Assembly (NCBI GenBank): GCA_004764695.1
Contig: SMSO01000032.1
Span: forward strand, 868,001-932,000
DNA from: Schizochytrium sp. TIO01
Taxonomy: Eukaryota; Protista; Bigyra: Labyrinthulomycetes
DNA: 64,000 nucleotides
Reading direction: 5' to 3'
The position numbers were made by a program, and so were the translations under genes. This document shows positions 11,717 to 21,176 of this stretch, piece after piece (within the stretch, counting starts at the first letter, position 1; every line of letters starts with the position of its first letter). The notes beneath the pieces are model-generated. The model did no database searches. It was not told the origin of the DNA and worked only from the letters and a program-made list of their open reading frames with translations.

Positions 11717-12789
11717 GTATTCAACCTCGCAAGATAGCTTCCTTCCATGGTTACATTACTTCTATTGCTCTAATGTGCACCATGGCTGCAGCCTGGTGAG
11801 CTTCTTGACATTGATTTGATTGAAATATTGATATATTTGCATTTTTATGTATCCCCGTCCGATCCCCCCTTATATTGCAATCCTGTGGTCTTCTGGACAC
11901 CGCATACTTTTCTGCTTCGACTCAAGAAAGTGGAATCATTGCTTTAATATTCGTTGCTGCTTACTTGTCCCCTCGCTCCCTGTTTCATGTGAGGTTCTGT
12001 TGAACAGGTGATAATCATTTTGCTTTTTTGTATAAACAAAACGCGCTGGCACTGCACTTTGTACAAAAAACGTCCACCCGTCATGTATGGCATCAATGGG
12101 GGTCGGTTTTTGGATGCACACTCGTATGGTCTCGCGTCACCGTAGCATTCGGGTGATTTAGCAGGGGAATACTGCATTAGGATTCGCTTTCGTGTCTTCT
12201 TGACAAACTCCTATTCAGACTAGTTGGCTACTACCACCACTATGCCTTAAGCCGGCCATAGCAGTGAATGCAATTGGATCAAGAGCGCTCAGCGCAGACA
12301 ATGTCCTCCCTTGAATGCTGCAAATGGAGAAAAACTCACAACAATCTCCCTCCATATTGGCCGCCTCCCAAAATTCGGGCGAAAAATCCAAGTCTAAGAC
12401 TGCTGACATTATGTCCAAGCAATCAGTCTGCCAGAAACTCGCTTCGAGTGGTGCTTTGTAAGCGTGATTTCCAGGTGACCTGCAGCATTTGCGAACTGAT
12501 TCTAGTTTCTTTCGCACTGATGGTCTCTTATTTTAAAAAAGGAAAAAGAAGCCGTCCATCTCGAATGGAAAACACCATGTATACACATTTTCTTCGAATT
12601 GTATAGATTCAGTACCAAGCTAGAGACAGAATACATGTTAAAGATCGAATACTCTTGGTAGATCAGCTAAGATCGCTCGCAGTTCACGTGTCAACCTCGT
12701 AATACTAGCGGCTTCGTGCCTTTTGGTGACGCAAGCTACAGTTACAGCTGCCCCACGCAAGTCTGGCACAGCTTTCTTTTTGTTCTTTC

Positions 12790-13110
12790 TATATCAGGGA
12801 GAGGATCATGGGCACTACGCCAGAACAAGGCTTCAAGTCCTGGTTGAGGCATTTGCTTTGGCCAAGTTCTGACTTCTTTTGTTGCTCAACCGAGCTAGCC
12901 AGCACAGTTTTGAGCAGTTGAAATAGCCTTCAGCTGAGCTGAGCCTGATTTAAGGAAGGGAGGAGCTCCTCCAGGAAAACCTTCTAACTACTATAATTGC
13001 AGCTCCATCCACCTTCTGACTTTCCGTAAAAATGCCGCTTTGTCATAGCGTCTAACGTTTCGAAGTTGTCGTGGTCCTTGCTTTGGCGCGGGTATCTCTA
13101 TATTGACCCT
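12790..13110 (-). pseudogene. Possible decayed coding relic
   Basis: The frame reads SKDHDNFETLDAMTKRHFYGKSEGGWSCNYSS*KVFLEELLPSLNQAQLS*RLFQLLKTVLASSVEQQKK. The stops are TAG/TGA, compatible with CAG/CGA deamination. No family recognised. Confidence 0.2.
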
Positions 13111-15669
13111 GATATCAAAACCTAGCCAAATCTCAGCTTTTCAGGGAACTTCGGCAATCTGTTTTCGTTTTCGTATAAAAAGGTTCATGAATGTCATGTA
13201 AAACACAGAAGTGCTAGGCATAGAAAGTAGAAAATATAGGTCAGCAACTGTAGAGCACCATCACTTCCATTCCCTCAAAGAACGCTGTTGTTGATACAAT
13301 CAATCGAGGCGATCCAAAGGTGCAACCGACTCTGGCTAACCAAACGAAGCAGCACGGCATTATATCGTGATGTCTAAGCTTGGACTTCGCCGGTGATCGT
13401 GTTGCATGCATGAACTGTGCCACGTTCATGGTCGTTGATGCACATTCGACAATTTATACCAGGCTATTCACCTTTTTTTCTCTTTTTTCGTTTCTTTTTT
13501 TTTTCTTCTCACCGTTCCTTTTCATTCCTTTAAGGAAAGGGAGGAAACGCATGGAAATAAATACACGTAGTCATTTGCAGAGTTCGAATGACATTCTATA
13601 GCGCCATTCCATAGCCACGAACCAATGCCGATGACTCCATTTACGCCACCATAACAGCTTCATGTTGGGGGCAGCGGTCGTAGCATGGCAAAGCTACGAA
13701 CTTATTCCTACATTTTCTCCATTTTCTGAAGATTGCTTTTTTTTTTCTTTCATTTTTTAAAGCTCTATGTAACTTTTAGAAATTGACAGAATTGGAAAAA
13801 GAAAAAACAAACTTTAATACTTCTCAAGCTTTCGGAATTCATTCGGCAATAAGGCCGTTCTTCCCTTCGAAACCGAAGCGCCTTGGAGGGCGTATCCCCA
13901 AAGAAAAGGCCCTTCGAGGCGTCTCGCAGGCGCCCCAAGGCTTGGATTACCCCTCCTAATCCGCGCAGACAGAGTATATGCAGCGTCGATCGATGGTCTT
14001 TGCCGCGGCCAAGACGGGCGCTGGCCGACTTCGTTTCGCACACGCTCAGCGCCTTCTCGTTGAACCCCTTCGCTGACTGTCCCCTGTGCTACAAAAAGGT
14101 CCACTTTAGTCCCTTTTTTAAACCTTTGCTCTCTCCAAACATGCGAACTCTCTAAGGCTAGGGGGGTAATCTGGGCGTGGTATGGGAGTGTTTAAACCTT
14201 TAGAGAAAGAGAGCGTCAAGTGTGGACAGCGAGATGGGAGTACTGTAGACTATAAAGAGTGGTCTACTGTGTAAGTCGAGATAGAAGTATAGTATCGAGG
14301 TGGATACAGTAGAGTAAACTTATTGTCTACTGTGTGTCTGTGGGAAGCGTCGCAGGAGGGGTATGGTTATTTCCTAAGGGTGAGTGAGTGAGAGGAAGAA
14401 TAGTGATGTTTAAAAAGAAAATAGCTGAAAATAAATAGGATTGAAATGGCAATCGAACGATCAGATTAGTCAGCGGTGCTCTCAGCAGGCAGGCAGACGG
14501 CCTCTTCTAGCTCTCTCGTGAGGTCCAGGGTCTGTTCTGTTTGCACCTGGCCTCTGACCTGCGCTTATTTCCAGCACTCGTACGGCGAGTGAACCCATAG
14601 TAACTCGCCCAAATTGAAATTGTGAATCAGGATAGAAAAGGAAGAAGCACTTGAATTGATTCCCACCAAATAAACAGAGAAGAAACATCTCCGCAGGTAG
14701 CTATCTACCCTTTACAATAGGACCACATCGCGAAAAGGAGAGAAAATAAATGTGTATGATCTCATCCTATGCAGCTGCTAGCGACGCCTATTCCGGCTAA
14801 GAAAAGAAAGAAAAGAAAGAAAATGAGCATCATATTGTTCTGCATACAACAATTTCTATAGCAGGCAATTGACTAAGCTGCTCAAAGAATCAGAAAACAG
14901 CAGCGGAGTGTTACTTTGTTATCATCGTATATCTAGCCTTCTTATCAACTAAAACAAAACCAAAGAAAACCATAATTTTTAAAGAATTGTTTTGAAGAGA
15001 CAGAAGTGAATGCCACAGTAATTAACCATATGGTAAATAGGGAAGTGAGCTTTTTGTTTAGTTTTTCAACTTTGAAAATGAACGAATGAAACCAAAATAA
15101 AGCGCGACAGTTCAATCGGTCGATTCTTACTCCAGTTCTCAATTGGCGCCTCTGCTCAGCTATTAAGCGGCGCTTGCAAACAGCTAGGTTGCGGAGGCGA
15201 ATCGGAAAGAGCCCCGCGACGCGAATTTTCTGTCCTAGACCGTGGGAGATCCTCAGTGGCGCTGGCGACCAGGAAGCGGCCTTGCATCCACCATCCACCG
15301 ATCCATTCTCTCTTCCTTCAGCATCCATCGAATCCATCTAATCCATCGTTCAACACGAATAAACTCTGCACAAGCATACCACCGCGAAAAACAAGAAGAA
15401 GAGCCTTTTCGTGGACTGAGGAACCGCTCATTGTAATCTTCAAGCTATTAGTTTGACATAAATCTCATTTGGCTCAGGTGCCCTTTCTGACAAAATTGGT
15501 TTAGGTTGGCAGCGAGGCGGAGCCTGAGGCAGTCTCGATTGAGACGATTAAGCTTTGTATCCATAGCGCCACACTGTGTATCTAAAGCACGTGCATTTTA
15601 TAACCATCCGAGCTCTTTGGAACCATTTGGATTCTGTAGCATTGAACGGTTGAGGGCACTTGGCGTGCT

Positions 15670-18045
15670 ATGGCGTCGCGAGAACCGCGGGCTAAAGACA
15701 CGCTCAAGGAAAATTACCAGAAAGACGGAAACGAAGAGAGCAGCAGTGAAGACGACGAAGGTGACGGAGACGGCAAAGGTGCGTCCTTATTGCATAGAAA
15801 GGGCAGTCGTAGCCAAGGTGAGAAAGTTACAAATTTAGAGGCCTTGAGACCAGTGAGTCGAAACCCTGAAAGCCTCTCGGGCCAGCAGCATTATATTATT
15901 ACTGATATGCCGTCCGGTAGAAAAACACCAAATACAACATCAAACACTGCAGTGGCCGCAACCTCGTCTGTAGCAGCTACTGCAGGCGCAACAATGCTGC
16001 AAAAGGACAAGCAGCATAAAAAGTGTCGTGGTAAAAATCGGCATATGAACGGCATGGGGGATGAAGGAAGTTTCAGGTCATTAGGGTCTTCATCAACGGT
16101 TTCTACACAGGCAAGGAAGCAAACACACTTACAAAGCACGGACTCTTCAGATGATGATTTCTCTGACTGCGCTTCGGTGGAATCCATGGAGTCATCAGCC
16201 AGTGCACTAGCAGTAAAAGAGGCGATGCGAAACAATCCATGCTTTTCACACATCCGCGACGAGATGATTAATCCTATCCCAGCACCCCAAACTAAGATCG
16301 TTCAAGATACTGTACATCTCCCCAAGTTGAAGCAGCCTGTTCCCCAGGACGCACGTACCGAGGATCTAACGACTCATCGAAAAGCGCTTCCAAAGCAGCA
16401 CAAGGAGAAAAAACAACGCAATCAACAGCCTCAGCAAGGATCTCATGATCATCGTCAATCATCATGGTGGAAAAACGCTTTCCGTGGACGTCCCAGTGTA
16501 GCCCGTCTAAGTTTACGTGGTAGTCCGTGTGCTTGCCGTCTTTTATTTCAGAAGCATGGCGAGAAACACTCGCAGCTTCATGTACTATTACAGGAGTTAA
16601 GGAAACGTGGGCCTTCGGCAGGCTTTATTGACCAACTCTTTGTGGGTTCACCTTCCCCAATGCAAATTTTCTTTGGGTATTACTGCAAATGTACGCGTAA
16701 GATGCCTAGCCTTGCACAATTGTTTCTTATGCCCCAAGCAGCAGATCAAACCTCGCTGCTGGAAATCTGTCTGGCTACATTACGTGATAGCGGGTCTGGA
16801 TCAGAGTGTGAACAGGACCGAATCGACCGAGAGATTATCTTAAAGAGCCTCACTACCTCCACGCGTGGTGTGAAGTCACTAATCAGCGTCTTGCTTGAAG
16901 GTGAAGAGAACATCCAGAACCCCAAAGCACCACGCTCTCTCTTGCGTCTTTTCCTGAGCGGCAAGCCATCTCTTGCCTCTTTAGTCTTGGATCGTCGTAA
17001 CGAGCAACCCCGCACAACTCTCTCCGTCTTACGCGTTCTACTCGATGGCGAGCTTACAGAGGGCGACTCGTTGGCACGTATGATGGTCACAGAACCTCGG
17101 CCTTGCAGTCTGATTCGTTTTTTGCTTCTGGGCGAAGACCAAAGTAAGCCATCCTTACTGCGTTTGTTCTTAAACAATACCGAAGATCAGGATTGGCTGG
17201 TTATCCCGACCTTTGAGCGATGGACCTTAATCAATCGCCTTATGCGTCCTCATGCACATCTTAATGATGTGGTTGCGCGCCCCATGCGTCGATGGGTGCG
17301 TGAGAATAGTCTCCTCTCGGCAGGTTTTGTGGAGCTGTTCACTGTGGTTGTGCAACTCCTAGCCAATCTCATGTTTGAGCTTACATTGCCTGGCGTTGAT
17401 GGATCTTCAGCTGGCAACGCTGTGCGTCTGCTTTGCCTTGGTAATGAGTCCACCGTTCAACCCATCTACCGTGTTGTCTTCTGGCGAAGCGAAGCAGGGT
17501 TGTTCGAAATCCCGACATTAGCAATGGCAGGTATCGCTGCTGGCCTTCGCATCAAAGCTGCTCCTCCAGGTCAGCAGCACGTCATGTTGCGTTGGTGGCA
17601 GAATAAAATGGTGCGTACAGTTTCCAAGCTCGAACTCACAGCGCATAAGTCTTCTGAGTGGGCGCAAACTCTCATTCGGACTGCACAGGCACTAGCTCCC
17701 GGTGGTTTGCTAGAGGTTCGATTTGTAGAGATTGCAATGGCTATTGCAACTCCTGACATGTCCCGTCGAGAGCGTGTGGAGACAATCCTCACGGAGCTTT
17801 TTGCAGGACTCGAAACTGATACTGCCTTGGCAGCCGTTTGGGATGTCCATGTAGGCGCGGTTCTTACTGAAGTCACAGATCCTGGTGTACGTAAGCTTTT
17901 GCACGCTGTGCGGTCTCGTGATTGGCAACTATTTGTTGACCTCCTCTTTACCCTAAATGTTGTTGAACCACCTTCTTTGGTGACTGTTTTCCATGATCTT
18001 GAGACCCTCGTGCACTACGCGATTGACATGTTCAAAAATGATTAA
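15670..18045 (+). CDS. Uncharacterised 791-aa protein with a disordered N-terminus and short S-L-x-R-L-F-L-x-G-E-like helical repeats
   Basis: Long uninterrupted ORF with coding-like composition and a good start context. Repeated motifs SLAQLFL, SLLEICL, SLISVLLEGE, SLLRLFLSG, SVLRVLLDGE, SLIRFLLLGE, SLLRLFL. Confidence 0.85.
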   Translation: MASREPRAKDTLKENYQKDGNEESSSEDDEGDGDGKGASLLHRKGSRSQGEKVTNLEALRPVSRNPESLSGQQHYIITDMPSGRKTPNTTSNTAVAATSSVAATAGATMLQKDKQHKKCRGKNRHMNGMGDEGSFRSLGSSSTVSTQARKQTHLQSTDSSDDDFSDCASVESMESSASALAVKEAMRNNPCFSHIRDEMINPIPAPQTKIVQDTVHLPKLKQPVPQDARTEDLTTHRKALPKQHKEKKQRNQQPQQGSHDHRQSSWWKNAFRGRPSVARLSLRGSPCACRLLFQKHGEKHSQLHVLLQELRKRGPSAGFIDQLFVGSPSPMQIFFGYYCKCTRKMPSLAQLFLMPQAADQTSLLEICLATLRDSGSGSECEQDRIDREIILKSLTTSTRGVKSLISVLLEGEENIQNPKAPRSLLRLFLSGKPSLASLVLDRRNEQPRTTLSVLRVLLDGELTEGDSLARMMVTEPRPCSLIRFLLLGEDQSKPSLLRLFLNNTEDQDWLVIPTFERWTLINRLMRPHAHLNDVVARPMRRWVRENSLLSAGFVELFTVVVQLLANLMFELTLPGVDGSSAGNAVRLLCLGNESTVQPIYRVVFWRSEAGLFEIPTLAMAGIAAGLRIKAAPPGQQHVMLRWWQNKMVRTVSKLELTAHKSSEWAQTLIRTAQALAPGGLLEVRFVEIAMAIATPDMSRRERVETILTELFAGLETDTALAAVWDVHVGAVLTEVTDPGVRKLLHAVRSRDWQLFVDLLFTLNVVEPPSLVTVFHDLETLVHYAIDMFKND

Positions 18046-19509
18046 AACCAGTCAAATGCGCTCTTTGTTTGCTGAATCTTCATGGGTATCAGCAAGCTTA
18101 TTTCAAAGTGTATTCAAAATGTTACAATAAAAGTTAGCAGCAGGATAAAGGTTGAAGATCCAAAGGCGTATAGATGCAGGCATGCAAAAACCTTTCATAT
18201 TACAGCTCGCTCGTGCTGCTCCTTTCTAAGATCTTCTTCTTCTTCTTCTTCTTCTTTTAACGTTATTTCCTTCATCTGCACGTCAGACGCTGTTAAGTTT
18301 TTGTCTTTCAAATTTGAATAGATCAAACAGCTCAGTCTTTTTTTTTTCCTTAAAAAAAAAGGAACTATTATGGGCGCTGCGGAATTCAACTTCCTTCATA
18401 CTTCTCCGCAATGAGCGTGGAGAAGTATGATGTAGTCTAGAGTAACCTAATTACTACTACACATAACTATTTATCTACAAAGAATATTACATTATTAAAC
18501 ATTCATGTTACCAAAGCTTTAAAATCCGCAATAACATATTTCCGGCATGGGTTACTCAATGACCTACTTCATTGACCGTCCATACCATCAAACACACCAG
18601 ACAGAATAGCGCTCCACCTGGTATCATAACTGAGCTGTATTCCATTGTCTCTCCAGTTCAATCGAAGAAGAGTTCACTTTTAAAAAGAAAAGAAAACTGA
18701 ATTGTGGAAGCCATAAAAGATCTCTCACAATCGTGGCTGCCCTTCTCGAGATTATTTCCATTTGTTCGCAGCCCTCATTCGCGCAAATGTATTGCTATCT
18801 TCCAGTACAGCATTCCGCGCTGAGTTTCCCTCTAGTCCTTCGCACGCATACCTTAATTTCGCGGAGTCTACATTCGCTTCACATTGCTGGCCTCAAACGA
18901 GAGGCGGTAGTAGCTTGTATTCTCTGAGTGGCCGCCCAGAACTCAATCTTCACCTTGCAAAGCAATCGCAGTTCCAAAAGTTCTTCCGCGTCGTCATCTC
19001 CACCTCCGCGGATCCATCGGCAGACAAACAAACAAACAACATAAACAAATGAACAAATAATCAAGTAACACTGGGTAACATTTAACCCCTCTTCTGTTCC
19101 GCTTCCCTGCAAATGAGTTATAGCCGTCTACAAGTGAACTATAGGGTGGTCTGCAAGTAGAGAATACAGCACCAGGGGGGACAAACCTGCCGCAGTCCGT
19201 GGGCACGCTAGCACTGTTAGAGAAAAGGATAGAAGGCGCGGGCTGCGCTTGTGCTTTCTTCCCTCTCTCTTTCTTTCTATCCTTCATCATTTCTCTCTCT
19301 CATTCCCCCTAAAACTTTGGGACCTCGCTCCAGGAGGTCCCGGCCGATCAACCCGCCTCGCGCGAAGCGGCCTCTGCGAGCTCTGGTCGGATCTGGACTG
19401 GGTTTCCAAGGCTGCAGAGGGGGTTCTCCAGCCTTGCGGAAACTCCAGGCAGAAGGTGGCATCTGCCGTCTTGGCGCGGGCCTATCTATCATCCTGACCC
19501 TCGAAAAGC

Positions 19510-20278
19510 ATCCAAAGCAAAGCAAAGCAAAGCAAATCAGGAGGAGAACTTTGCGCCGCACGATTTGATACAAGGTTGATATGGGCGGAGACCTACCGAG
19601 GCAAAAAGCGAGAGCCAAAAAAGAAACGAATGAATGAATGAATGAATGAATGCATGCATGCATGACTATCGAAAGAAGCACGAGCCGAGCGAATCGCACT
19701 CTCGCTTCAGATTGGCCGCGGCGCTGTGGTCCCTGCTCTGGAGGCGGTCTTGCCGAGGCGGGCGGACGACCTCTCCCTCGTCCTTCCCGTCCATCATCAC
19801 TACTCAGCGATCGATGTGACGATATCGTACCCGTGCATCATCAAATAAATACGCCGACGAGGGAGTAGAGGGTAGGAGCGCCCTTAGTGGTAACACTAGC
19901 AGTGGCGGATAGGCATCTCTCTCTCTCTCTATGTATGTATGTATGTATGTATGTATCTATGTGATAATAAGCAGCAGCAGAGATAGAATTAGAAGGAATC
20001 AATCAGTGCGTCAGGATCCGTGGCAGGAGAACGAAGTGGACAGGCAGGAAAGATATTGCAGGAGCAGCAGGTGCCTGGTATCTTTTGGGGTGCCGCTCTC
20101 TCTTGCTTTGGCGTCGCCATGGATCTGGTTGGGCTCTTTGGGCGCTGCGGTCTGAGCTGATTGGTTAAGGGCTGTAGCCTAACTCTCATCCTGGTGCCTC
20201 GCTTCATTTTCTCTCAATCGCTGTATTGCTTTACTGGTTTTACCCTAGCGACTGCCATAGCTACTTCTATCTGCCTGA

Positions 20279-20310
<32 letters not shown>

Positions 20311-20563
20311 AGAGAGAATGAATGAATGCATTCCTCTCTTTCTTTCAGTAGTCTTTCCTTGAGGTTCATTCTTCTTCTCCTTCTCCTTGTCGTCGTTTGT
20401 TTTCGGGTCTACTTTTATTAAACTTTTAATTTTAATCGTCATTCTGATCATTATGAAAAGAGTCAAACAAACAAACAAATAAACAAATAAACAAATAAAT
20501 AAATTAATAAGCGAATAAATAAGCAAACAAACAAACAAACAAACAAACAAACAACAAACAAAC
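19510..20563. repeat. Microsatellite cluster (AAAGC, GAAT, CATG, CT, TATG, AAAG, AAAC) upstream of the PH-PP2C gene
   Basis: Directly visible arrays, e.g. (AAAG)n 20277-20311 and (AAAC/AAAT)n 20464-20563. Confidence 0.9.
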
Positions 20564-21176
20564 CACTTTGGAGCCCGACCGCCGGCGCGGCGGGAGTGGC
20601 GGCTGGCCGGAGGCTGGCTGGCCGATATATTATTCGAGCGACCGAGACTTCTGAGGTGATTGAGGCATCCCTGGCCCCTTCCTGGCGTTCTGTGACTTCG
20701 CCTTTGCAGCGAGAGTGGCGATCATCGAGGCCTCTTCTTGTCTTCTTTACTAGCTCCTGCTTTTGCTGCTAGCGCACGTCCTAAGACTCTGCTAAAGCAA
20801 GCTGCAGCTATACATATAATAATAACTCATCCAATAGAGTCAATTTGATCAGATAGATTGAGATACCCGCAGAGAGTCGAGACCTCAAGGCGTGGCTAGC
20901 GTTACTTGGGGTAGTAACTTGCGAATTTGGGTAGACTAGATTTCGTGTAGTGTTTTTATCTTGCCAGGACGCAACTGAATTGCAGTTGGCTGTCAGTGTA
21001 CTTTGGTCTACATTTCATAGCAGTTGATTAGAGATCTGCACAGGCGGCAAGGCATTGTGGTGTGAATTGCATTTCTTGTTGTTGGGCAAGTCAAGCAAGT
21101 TAGATCACACTATATTGCGTTAGATACCACATCTCATTTCGTTGCGCTACATAAAGGCTGATCTGACTTAAGCACC

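Noticed and set aside
13883-14155. ORF ending in CPLCYKKVH, reminiscent of a UBZ zinc finger
   Set aside because: The distal metal ligands are missing, the start is non-ATG, and it is too short to support.
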